Virus record (IMG/VR): IMGVR_UViG_3300013132_000033
Coordinates: 35,041-99,040 of that record
DNA from: a virus
DNA: 64,000 nucleotides
Reading direction: 5' to 3' (one strand)
Shown: positions 20,856-28,635 of the stretch, one piece after another
Numbering within the stretch: position 1 is the first letter of the stretch
Layout: every line of letters begins with the position of its first letter
Position numbers and translations under genes: made by a program
The notes under the pieces: generated by a model
Seen by the model: only the letters and a program-made list of their open reading frames with translations
What the model was told of the DNA's origin: nothing
Databases searched by the model: none

Positions 20856-23384
20856 TTAACCGCATTTAGAACTACCGCATTCTTTACACTTTTGACAACC
20901 TTCTTCATAAACGATAGCTTTACTACCACAATCTAAACATGTAGCTGTAGAAGTAGTACCATCTGGAATATATTGTTTAAGTGTTCTTGCAATAGCTTTT
21001 GTAAAACTATTTAATTCGCCATCTGTTTTTAATAGTTGCTCTACAATAAATTTAATATCTGCACCATGTCGTAATGATGTAGAAATAAGTCTTGTAATAG
21101 CTTGTTGTTCATCCGACATTGATTTAGTAATATCATTAACAATACTAAATTCATTATCAAGTGTACAAGTTAAATTGTAAACTCCACGACTTTTCTTTTT
21201 TAAAAATCCTGTTTTATATCCTGAACATAAAATATTAGGAATACAGAATACTTCGTATGGTTTACGATCTAATAAACCTACTAAAATAGTGTAAGGTTCA
21301 GCTTTTGCTTTAATATGATAAATATCTACATGCAATTCTTCAGGACGTTTAGGAGCGTCTCGATATTCAAATACATCTGCTTTTTTAGCATCTATTTGAA
21401 CTAGTACTCCTGTACGACATCCATCTCTATAAATAGTTGTACCTTTTAAACCTTTTTTCCACGATTCAGTATAAATAGTTGCAACTTCATCTACTGTAAC
21501 TTCGTTAGGTAAATTAATTGTACTACTTATACTATGTGTAGTATATTTTTGAATTATACCTTGAATTTCAACACGTTTAGTCCAATCTATATCATTAGCA
21601 GTTGATTCGTACCAAGGTGATAGTGCAAATAAACTTTGTATTTCATCATTAGACATTGCTTGAATTATTTCACAAGCAGTATCATAAGGAGTACTTGTAA
21701 ATACACTATACCAATTAATAAATTTAGGATGCACTACAGGATATTCCATCCAAGTATCACCATTTTGATCTGTAAAATCAACACGTACTCCAGAATCTCC
21801 TGGATTTACTTTTTTTCTCCTCATATAACCCCAATTAAACAATGGTTCTAATCCGCTAGTTGTTTGTGTGAGGATACTTACGGAACCTGTTGGGGCAACT
21901 GTTGAAAATGATACATTACGCCTGCCTTGTTCAATCATTCGTAATACTTCAGGATAAAAGTTATCAACTAACATTTGGTAAAATTGATTTTTACCTTTAA
22001 TTGATGTTATTTTATCTTTGTTATCACGTACAATATCAAATTCAGCATTAGCATCAAATCCTATAAACGCACCATATTGCTCTGCCATATTAATAGAAGC
22101 ATTTAACTCAGCTTTAAACTTAGTTTTCATTACTTCTTCAATAATTGATAGTGCTTCATTAGAATCGTATTTAATTCTTAAAGCGGCAAGCATATCACCT
22201 AAACCAGTAAATCCGCAACCTGTACGTCTACCAGATTTTGTAATGTACCTGATATTTTCCCATAGACTATATTCAGTATTATAGATAGACGGATCATCGC
22301 AATTAACACGATCATTATCAATTTTATCTAAAATTCTGTTTATATGTTCTACTTCAAGATCAATTACACCATCAGCTAATACTTGTTGATTATACGACAT
22401 TTCATATAATTTCTGATAGTCAATACGAGCATCTTTAGTAAAAGGATTATTTACAAATGAATATAAATTTAACGCTATTAAACGACAAGCATCATATTTA
22501 CCCATAAAGATTTCTCCGCATGGATTTGTAGTGATTCCTTTATATTCAGGATATACAGTATCGGGAGAATAATCCCAATGCTTATCAATAAATATAATTC
22601 CTGGTTCGGCAGACGCCCAAGCTGCTTGAATAATTTGATCATAAATAGCTTTAGCGTTTACTTTTTTTGTATAAACAGTTATGTTGTCTACATTAAATTG
22701 TTCATAATTGTCAGAAGCATTTTTTAATACTTCATCATTATCATAATCACACGGCCATCGAAGTACATAATCTTCATTATTAGTAACTGCTTTCATAAAA
22801 TCATCGCGAAGCATTACACTAATATTAGCACCAGTTACTTTAGTAAGATCTTTTTTAATGTTTATAAAATGTTCAACATCAGGATGTCGTACATCTATTG
22901 AAATCATTAAAGCACCCCTACGTCCATTTTGAGCAACTTCTCTAGTACTATTAGAGTACCTATCCATAAAAGATACAGCTCCTGTCGATGATCCTGCAGC
23001 ATTTGTAACTGGAGAATTAGCCGGCCTAAGTGTAGAAATATCAATACCTACACCACCACGTCGTTTCATTAACTGAACTAATTCTTCATCTTTACGCATA
23101 ATACCTGAATAAGAATCATGAGGCTGACCAACTACAAAACAATTAGATAAACTAGCTATTTTGTAATTTTTACCTAATGTAGCCATTATACTACCTTGAG
23201 GAATAATGTATTTAAAATGATCAAACATAACCATTATTTCATCATATGAAAGTTTAGTAACACGAGCAAATTCTCGTGCCATTCTTTCATGCATATCTTT
23301 AGGCGTAACATCCGCCTTATCAGAATATTTACCTTGCCATACTGACATGGCAAGTTCATCATTATTAAAATATGCTTTTAACAT
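20856..23384 (-). CDS. nrdJ: Class II (adenosylcobalamin-dependent) ribonucleotide reductase
   Basis: SNCFV, RRGA, TNPCGE, APTGS and C-terminal CxxC...EGCxxCxxCGxSKC; no beta subunit gene nearby. Confidence 0.9.
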   Translation of the reverse strand: MLKAYFNNDELAMSVWQGKYSDKADVTPKDMHERMAREFARVTKLSYDEIMVMFDHFKYIIPQGSIMATLGKNYKIASLSNCFVVGQPHDSYSGIMRKDEELVQLMKRRGGVGIDISTLRPANSPVTNAAGSSTGAVSFMDRYSNSTREVAQNGRRGALMISIDVRHPDVEHFINIKKDLTKVTGANISVMLRDDFMKAVTNNEDYVLRWPCDYDNDEVLKNASDNYEQFNVDNITVYTKKVNAKAIYDQIIQAAWASAEPGIIFIDKHWDYSPDTVYPEYKGITTNPCGEIFMGKYDACRLIALNLYSFVNNPFTKDARIDYQKLYEMSYNQQVLADGVIDLEVEHINRILDKIDNDRVNCDDPSIYNTEYSLWENIRYITKSGRRTGCGFTGLGDMLAALRIKYDSNEALSIIEEVMKTKFKAELNASINMAEQYGAFIGFDANAEFDIVRDNKDKITSIKGKNQFYQMLVDNFYPEVLRMIEQGRRNVSFSTVAPTGSVSILTQTTSGLEPLFNWGYMRRKKVNPGDSGVRVDFTDQNGDTWMEYPVVHPKFINWYSVFTSTPYDTACEIIQAMSNDEIQSLFALSPWYESTANDIDWTKRVEIQGIIQKYTTHSISSTINLPNEVTVDEVATIYTESWKKGLKGTTIYRDGCRTGVLVQIDAKKADVFEYRDAPKRPEELHVDIYHIKAKAEPYTILVGLLDRKPYEVFCIPNILCSGYKTGFLKKKSRGVYNLTCTLDNEFSIVNDITKSMSDEQQAITRLISTSLRHGADIKFIVEQLLKTDGELNSFTKAIARTLKQYIPDGTTSTATCLDCGSKAIVYEEGCQKCKECGSSKCG

Positions 23385-23412
23385 ATTGAAAGGATTAAAT
23401 GTGAATTTAAAT

Positions 23413-23550
23413 TTATTTTTTAAGTTTTTTAACTAAACGAAAGCCAAGAAAAGTAAAACGATGATTTTTCTCATAGTAAACACGTACATTTATTTTACAA
23501 ACTTCAATAACAGTACCATAAGAACCACCATAAATAAAAATATTATCCAT
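23413..23550 (-). CDS. Cassette 12: MDNIFIYGGSYGTVIEVCKINVRVYYEKNHRFTFLGFRLVKKLKK
   Basis: Manual translation, 45 aa; 8-nt overlap with cassette 11; AT-rich core. Confidence 0.85.
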   Translation of the reverse strand: MDNIFIYGGSYGTVIEVCKINVRVYYEKNHRFTFLGFRLVKKLKK

Positions 23551-23683
23551 GTTTTAATGTTTTAATTAAACGGAACCCCAAGCCGCCGTAGCGGTAGTCG
23601 GGCGTGTCGCCGCTGCGATCCGCCACCCGGCAGTACTGCGGGTAGCCGTACCACGACCCGCCGCGAATATACTTATAATTCAT
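23543..23683 (-). CDS. Cassette 11: MNYKYIRGGSWYGYPQYCRVADRSGDTPDYRYGGLGFRLIKTLKHG
   Basis: Manual translation, 46 aa; TAATG overlap; core about 74% GC (70 of 95 nt by hand count). Confidence 0.88.
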   Translation of the reverse strand: MNYKYIRGGSWYGYPQYCRVADRSGDTPDYRYGGLGFRLIKTLKHG

Positions 23684-23817
23684 TATTTCAGTTTTTTAAT
23701 TAAACGAAATCCTAAGACTTTGTAGCGGTGATCCAGCTCGTCTAAGTACTGAAAATCGGGCAAGCAACCGATTGCTAGGCTACCATAGCTACCACCACGA
23801 ATATACTTATAATTCAT
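23683..23817 (-). CDS. Cassette 10: MNYKYIRGGSYGSLAIGCLPDFQYLDELDHRYKVLGFRLIKKLK
   Basis: Manual translation, 44 aa; ATGA overlap. Confidence 0.85.
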   Translation of the reverse strand: MNYKYIRGGSYGSLAIGCLPDFQYLDELDHRYKVLGFRLIKKLK

Positions 23818-23954
23818 GTTTTAACTGTTTTAATAAGTCTAAACCCAACATAATTACAACAATATTGTTGATGACTCCACAATCGATCTGATGATTTACA
23901 CGCTAGATTATTACTAATCCACGATCCACCATAATTAATAAGATAATTTTTCAT
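23814..23954 (-). CDS. Cassette 9: MKNYLINYGGSWISNNLACKSSDRLWSHQQYCCNYVGFRLIKTVKT
   Basis: Manual translation, 46 aa; ATGA overlap. Confidence 0.85.
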   Translation of the reverse strand: MKNYLINYGGSWISNNLACKSSDRLWSHQQYCCNYVGFRLIKTVKT

Positions 23955-24091
23955 GATTTTAATGATTTAGTTAAACGAAAGCCAATGTATTGTGTCCTGA
24001 ATGACGGTCGATAAGTTGTGCGAAAATCAGTACGGCAAAATTTTAGATTAAAATTATCCCAACAACCTCCAAAAATAATAAATGTATTCAT
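23951..24091 (-). CDS. Cassette 8: MNTFIIFGGCWDNFNLKFCRTDFRTTYRPSFRTQYIGFRLTKSLKS
   Basis: Manual translation, 46 aa; ATGA overlap. Confidence 0.85.
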   Translation of the reverse strand: MNTFIIFGGCWDNFNLKFCRTDFRTTYRPSFRTQYIGFRLTKSLKS

Positions 24092-24231
24092 GATTTTAAT
24101 ATTTTAATTAATCGAAATCCAACATACAAATATTTGTAAATTGCTTTATTTCTAACATGTTCTGATGAACGATCAACTATTAAACAATTTTGATGATAAA
24201 CACCTGTTCCTTTTATAGTTATTTGGTTCAT
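24088..24231 (-). CDS. Cassette 7: MNQITIKGTGVYHQNCLIVDRSSEHVRNKAIYKYLYVGFRLIKILKS
   Basis: Manual translation, 47 aa; ATGA overlap; most divergent unit. Confidence 0.8.
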   Translation of the reverse strand: MNQITIKGTGVYHQNCLIVDRSSEHVRNKAIYKYLYVGFRLIKILKS

Positions 24232-24365
24232 AATTTTAATGATTTAGTTAAACGAAATCCTAAAGCGTTAGCATGATAATCCAATATACTAAGATTGCGA
24301 TAAACTGTAAGACAACCGTAGTTAAAACTGCTACATCCACCGCCGCGAATGTTAAAATATTTTTA
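24228..24365 (-). pseudogene. Cassette 6 lacking its start codon: (*)KYFNIRGGGCSSFNYGCLTVYRNLSILDYHANALGFRLTKSLKL
   Basis: The junction reads TGTAA where other units have TAATG, so TAA sits where ATG should be; the rest of the frame is intact. Confidence 0.7.
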
Positions 24366-24499
24366 CATTTTAATGTTTTAATTAGACGAAAACCAACTAT
24401 GTTGCTACGACACTCATGTACACCGATGTCACGATATAATACTCGACAACGCTCGGGAACGTTAATCCAGCTACCGCTACAAAGAATAAAGGTATTCAT
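24260..24499 (-). CDS. Cassette 5: MNTFILCSGSWINVPERCRVLYRDIGVHECRSNIVGFRLIKTLK plus a 35-aa read-through tail
   Basis: The expected stop at 24365-24367 is TGT, so the ORF runs out of frame through cassette 6 (79 aa in the ORF track). Confidence 0.75.
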   Translation of the reverse strand: MNTFILCSGSWINVPERCRVLYRDIGVHECRSNIVGFRLIKTLKCKNILTFAAVDVAVLTTVVLQFIAILVYWIIMLTL

Positions 24500-24633
24500 T
24501 ATTTCAGTTTTTTAATTAAACGGAAGCCAATGCTGAAGTTGCGGAAGTCCGAATCGTCCCAGCCCCGAAACGCTACCCGGCAGTACTCCGGGGAGCGGTT
24601 CCAACTACCTCCAACAATATTAAAGTATTTCAT
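24499..24633 (-). CDS. Cassette 4: MKYFNIVGGSWNRSPEYCRVAFRGWDDSDFRNFSIGFRLIKKLK
   Basis: Manual translation, 44 aa; TAATG overlap; GC-rich core. Confidence 0.88.
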   Translation of the reverse strand: MKYFNIVGGSWNRSPEYCRVAFRGWDDSDFRNFSIGFRLIKKLK

Positions 24634-24767
24634 TATTTTAATGTTTTAATTAAGCGAAAGCCCAAAAAGTTGAAGCGGCGGTCCGGCCCGCTGATGAAGC
24701 GATCCGATGCGCGGCAGAACCTGGCAGTGTTGAGCCAGCCGCCGCTAAAAACTACAAATGTATTCAT
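24633..24767 (-). CDS. Cassette 3: MNTFVVFSGGWLNTARFCRASDRFISGPDRRFNFLGFRLIKTLK
   Basis: Manual translation, 44 aa; TAATG overlap; GC-rich core. Confidence 0.88.
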   Translation of the reverse strand: MNTFVVFSGGWLNTARFCRASDRFISGPDRRFNFLGFRLIKTLK

Positions 24768-24901
24768 TATTTTAATGTTTTAATTAAGCGAAAGCCGAGA
24801 TGGCTGAAGCGGTAGTCCGGCCCGTAGAAGTTGCGATACGAAGCGCAGCAGTACACGGCATTGATGACCCAGCTGCCGCCTTTTATAATAAAGTATTTCA
24901 T
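24767..24901 (-). CDS. Cassette 2: MKYFIIKGGSWVINAVYCCASYRNFYGPDYRFSHLGFRLIKTLK
   Basis: Manual translation, 44 aa; TAATG overlap; GC-rich core with NNC codons. Confidence 0.88.
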   Translation of the reverse strand: MKYFIIKGGSWVINAVYCCASYRNFYGPDYRFSHLGFRLIKTLK

Positions 24902-25032
24902 TATTTAAGTTTTTTGATTAATCGAAAACCAAGATATTTTTCGCAATATCTTAATTTATCATAACTAGATATTGTTATACGGCAGTTTGTAATACTATTA
25001 TAACTACCGCCTTTAATTATAATTTGTTTCAT
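24901..25032 (-). CDS. Cassette 1: MKQIIIKGGSYNSITNCRITISSYDKLRYCEKYLGFRLIKKLK
   Basis: Manual translation, 43 aa; AT-rich core. Confidence 0.85.
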   Translation of the reverse strand: MKQIIIKGGSYNSITNCRITISSYDKLRYCEKYLGFRLIKKLK

Positions 25033-25053
25033 TGTCAAGTAGTGTTAAAATTT

Positions 25054-25083
25054 AAAAAGGGGGCTGCTGTTAACAACCCCCTT
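25054..25083 (-). terminator. Intrinsic terminator-like hairpin between the scaffold gene and the cassette array
   Basis: Minus strand GGGGGTTGTT-AAC-AGCAGCCCCC followed by TTTTT. Confidence 0.65.
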
Positions 25084-25089
25084 AAAAAA

Positions 25090-25698
25090 TTATTTAGGTA
25101 GTGGCATGTTTTGATCTACGGACTGAGGAATTCGTTTGTTACGATAAAAATCAATAAAGTTTTGATTTGTAACGTTTGGAACAATAGGTCCATAGACACT
25201 ATTAGTCCATTCCCACACGTTGCCGCTCATATCATACAGACCAATTGAATTTGGTTTTTTCAAACCAACAGGATGTGTTTCTCCGCCGGAATTTCCATAA
25301 TACCATGCAACTTCGTCAATATTATCAGAACCTGCGTATTTATGTGAAGTCATTTCATGACCTCCCCTTGCAGCATATTCCCACTGTTCTTCTGTTGGTA
25401 ATTCATATTTATACTTAGGATCTAACTCATTAAGTTTTGCAATAAATTTTTTGATATCGTTGTAAGATATATTTTCAACAGGTCGATTTTCCCAATCAGG
25501 ACGATTTTTAAAATACGATGGATTTTCACCCATCACATCTACCCATTGTTTTTGGGTAACAAGAAATGTTGTCATTTCAAAATTTTCAGCAATCTCAACC
25601 ATTTTGTTACGATTGGGACCGAAAAGAAATTTACCAGCAAGTACTTTTATAGTGCTGAAATTTGGGAGTGTTGGTTTAAAACCTTTTGGTTTAGCCAT
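25090..25698 (-). CDS. FGE-sulfatase (C-type-lectin-fold) domain protein lacking the C-terminal RGGSW...GFR segment
   Basis: Has VTQKQW..VMGENPS.F, PVENIS, LPTEEQWEYAARGG, VAWY..NS..THPVG.K.PN..GLYDMSGNVWEW; an unrelated tail follows, with no GGSW or GFR. Confidence 0.9.
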   Translation of the reverse strand: MAKPKGFKPTLPNFSTIKVLAGKFLFGPNRNKMVEIAENFEMTTFLVTQKQWVDVMGENPSYFKNRPDWENRPVENISYNDIKKFIAKLNELDPKYKYELPTEEQWEYAARGGHEMTSHKYAGSDNIDEVAWYYGNSGGETHPVGLKKPNSIGLYDMSGNVWEWTNSVYGPIVPNVTNQNFIDFYRNKRIPQSVDQNMPLPK

Positions 25699-25710
25699 TT
25701 TGAAATTTTT

Positions 25711-26648
25711 TTAAAATAGTGAATGTTTTGGTTTAAATTTAACTACTTCGTTATTTGCTTGAACGATGTAGTATTGATAATTAATATTATAATCTTTTGG
25801 ATTAGTACTTTGAACTTGATTTAATAATTGACTATAATATGATTTTCCTTTTTGAGGATGCGCATTGAGATATTCATACGATCCTTTTGAATATACTTTT
25901 TTAAATATCATACCTGTTTTAGATATGATATATCTTATTGTCTTTGGTAATTTAGTTACAGTATTATTATTTGTGATACCTATAAAAGAACTATCTTGTT
26001 TAGCCCTAACGCCTATACAATAATCAAAAATATTATCACCATTAATAATTGTATCTTCTACAGGTGTGTTATACAAAAAATAATTATAAATAGCTTTTCT
26101 AACTATTAATTCAGATTTATTTTTATGTAACGGTAAATTTTCAAACTCAAAACTACCTTTACATTTTGCTTTACCATTAGTATAAATTGCAATATAATTG
26201 TTGACATCTCGAATAATCATTTTACTATAATAAGCGTATTCTAATTGAAGTCTAGTTATAGACTCCCATTGTTTACAAATATTATAATATTCTGATTCAT
26301 GTTGTTTTCTAAGTTTACAAGTTAAACCGTCTGTATTTATTTGAATAAGTGTCAAATCAGGTATTTCCATTAATTGTTCAGCTAACATTGTTAACATTAA
26401 CTGACCATTAATAGTTGTAGATAATGTATATTTAAAATCACGTAACCAAGAAGTTTCTTCATTACTTTTACCGTAGACACTATTAGCAGCTTCTTTATAA
26501 CCGGCAACAATAACAAAATCTCCATTTTTACCTTTTGCTTTTTCACGTAATCTTACATCTACAATATCTTCTTTGTAAACTCTACTAAATTCTTCTCCTA
26601 AATGTTCAGGATATAAATTATTTACTGTAGCTATACTTGGGTATAGTG
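25711..26648 (-). CDS. polB: Family B DNA polymerase, exon 2
   Basis: Frame open from 26648: (S)LYPSI completes motif A; KEAANSVYGK is motif B and QINTDGL is motif C. Confidence 0.88.
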
Positions 26649-26666
26649 CATACCCTCTGAATATTT

Positions 26667-27461
26667 CTATTCAGTTTGGACTTTATCATCAATTAAAACC
26701 TTATTCCACCAATATCCATACATACTTGGTTTTTCACCACTACATACTGCATAAATATTGTGTCGTTTGTAATCAGGGTTTTGCTCTAACAATTCATAAA
26801 CGGTATTCCATCTTTTTATTAAAGTTTGTTTATCTTTAGTATATTGATCTATATAATATTTAGTTATTTTTTGAGATTGCTTTAATATATCCTGTTTTTT
26901 AATTTCAGGATTATTTTCATATTTTTGTTTTCTAGTATATACACCTTTTACTTGAATTTCATATGGAACTTTTTTTCTATTACCTTCTTTAAAAGTTTTT
27001 AATATCTTTTCTGACATTATTTTCTTTTGTTCTTCTGTCCATTTATTATTAAAATTTGGATTGAGTTCTCCTTTCATTCTTTTTTTTAATAATTCTCTTG
27101 TTTTTTCATGAACAAAAGATTGGGAAGAAGAATCTTGTCTAAGATTATATCCATAATTTAAATCAGTAGTATTGTAATACTTCATCCAATATAATTCTCT
27201 GTCTTTAATATTATTTTGAAAATTTTCTGAATGAATATCTATTTCTTCTAAAATTTCATATATAAAATTATTTTTTCCATATTTATGCCAAGAATTAATT
27301 AAATATCTATTACAATCTTTAGATTTACTAGTTAACCCGCAAATATGATTTGCAATTCTATTATTAATATTAATTGATTTTCCAATATACCTTTTTCCGT
27401 TTATTATATTGATAATGCAATAAATTCCCGATTTGTTTTTAAGTTGTTTGTTTATCTTCAT
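26667..27461 (-). CDS. Intron-encoded GIY-YIG homing endonuclease
   Basis: SGIYCI.N..NGKRYIGKS..I..R...H, RELYW and GYN, with a NUMOD-like C-terminal region. Confidence 0.9.
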   Translation of the reverse strand: MKINKQLKNKSGIYCIINIINGKRYIGKSININNRIANHICGLTSKSKDCNRYLINSWHKYGKNNFIYEILEEIDIHSENFQNNIKDRELYWMKYYNTTDLNYGYNLRQDSSSQSFVHEKTRELLKKRMKGELNPNFNNKWTEEQKKIMSEKILKTFKEGNRKKVPYEIQVKGVYTRKQKYENNPEIKKQDILKQSQKITKYYIDQYTKDKQTLIKRWNTVYELLEQNPDYKRHNIYAVCSGEKPSMYGYWWNKVLIDDKVQTE

Positions 27462-27480
27462 ATCTTTTTTAAATTTATTA

Positions 27481-27512
27481 CAAAGATACGACGTTTCTTC
27501 TCTATATCCAAA
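27481..27512 (-). promoter_or_regulatory. Bacteroidota sigma-70-type promoter for the intron endonuclease
   Basis: TTTG-N20-TATCTTTG fits the -33/-7 consensus TTTG...TAnnTTTG, about 20 nt upstream of the ATG at 27461. Confidence 0.7.
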
Positions 27513-27740
27513 TATTTTAACAACTTTAACAAAACTTTAACGTTTTAATGCTTCCTGTTAAGTCTCTGAACCTTATTCTCATATTTTTGTGAGAATCTTG
27601 GCTGCGGATTGACCAATACTTTCTCTTTTTACTATACTCAATTGATTAGATTGACCACTATATACATCACTGTCATAGTTTAGTAAGAAAGTCTCTAAGG
27701 TTATTCCCGCAATTTAAGAAGTTTTAGTTGCGCCACTTTA

Positions 27741-28635
27741 ACGCAACATCGGCATCAAGAATTATCCAATCATTGTCAGCATTTACAATTTCAGTATTTA
27801 CACTACCATGTATACCGCCTTTACCATAATCAAATTGAAATCCTTTATAAATAAAAGATTTATTAAATTTTTCTGTTGGTTCAATATTTTTATCTTTAAA
27901 CCAATTTAATAAACCTTGTAATTCTATATTTTTAAATTGTATATACGGAAAAAGTATATCTTTTACATATACATTTGTACGTATAGTTTGTTTTTTACTA
28001 ATTTCTTTTTTATTAGCTTTAACTGCTTTACAGTATAAATCTAACATTAATTCTGATCCTATTTTACTATTACTAGCATTTATAAAATTTATACCATATT
28101 TGCTAGTTAAACTTATTCTTAACTGTAATTCTTTTTCATACAGTTTAAATAATTGATCTGTAGCATTTACATCATTAATACAATATTTTATAGTAGCATC
28201 AGCTTCTTCTCTTGAATTAACATGACCATGATAAGGCATATCTTCAAGATTTGGCCAATCAACCATAAATTCACACCATTTTAAACTTACCATTCTGTTT
28301 TTATTATCAAGATGTAATATCTTGTAAATATCAACATTAAATATAGTTCGTTTGTATATAGGAACAATTATTTCTTCTTGTTCAATTATTCTTACTGTAT
28401 ATTCATGAATTTGTTTAGCAGTTAACTTTCTTAATTTTAACAGTTCGATAATTTGACCATCAAAATTTAAATTGTTATATCCGCGTAAAGAATTAACAGT
28501 TTTTAAAAAAGCTACTAATTCATTATACTCATTTTTCCAATCACTTATTTCAAAGATTTTATAATTATCTTCATTTTTAAATACAGCACAAAAGAAATTA
28601 GGTAGAGTTTCTACATCATAAGTCCAATTTGCCAT
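27741..28635 (-). CDS. polB: Family B DNA polymerase, exon 1 (3'-5' exonuclease and start of motif A)
   Basis: YDVET, GYNNLNFD and YCINDV exonuclease motifs; GGIHG...ILDADVA. The spliced product is 610 aa. Confidence 0.88.

Larger units (their letters stand above)
23413..25032 (-). repeat. Tandem array of 12 units (132-144 bp), each a mini-ORF encoding an FGE/CLec C-terminal variable segment
   Basis: Each unit reads M-x5-7-GG(S/C/G)(W/Y)-x5-7-C-...-GFRL(I/T/V)K-x-(L/V)K, with looser GG/W matches in units 6 and 7. Most junctions are TAATG or ATGA overlaps. Confidence 0.92.
26649..27740 (-). mobile_element. Group I self-splicing intron in DNA polymerase motif A
   Basis: Exon 1 ends in U and the intron ends in G; splicing restores DADVA-S-LYPSI. 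P1 GUUGCGU/GCGCAAC has a U.G pair at the splice site. Core elements: P AATTGCGGGAA (27704-27714), Q AATCCGCAGC (27601-27610), R GTTCAGAGACTTAA (27558-27571), S GATGATAAAGTCC (26678-26690). Confidence 0.9.

Noticed and set aside
24273-24515. + strand 80-aa ORF inside the array
   Set aside because: Antisense shadow of cassettes 5 and 6.
23413-25032. CRISPR array
   Set aside because: The period is 132-144 bp, the repeats are degenerate, the variable parts keep an open frame with conserved amino acids, and no cas genes are present.
23413-25698. Complete cis-encoded DGR or invertase shufflon
   Set aside because: No reverse transcriptase, Avd, AAC-rich template repeat or recombinase is seen in the window, and all units are co-oriented with their own start/stop junctions. 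The rest of the genome is not visible.
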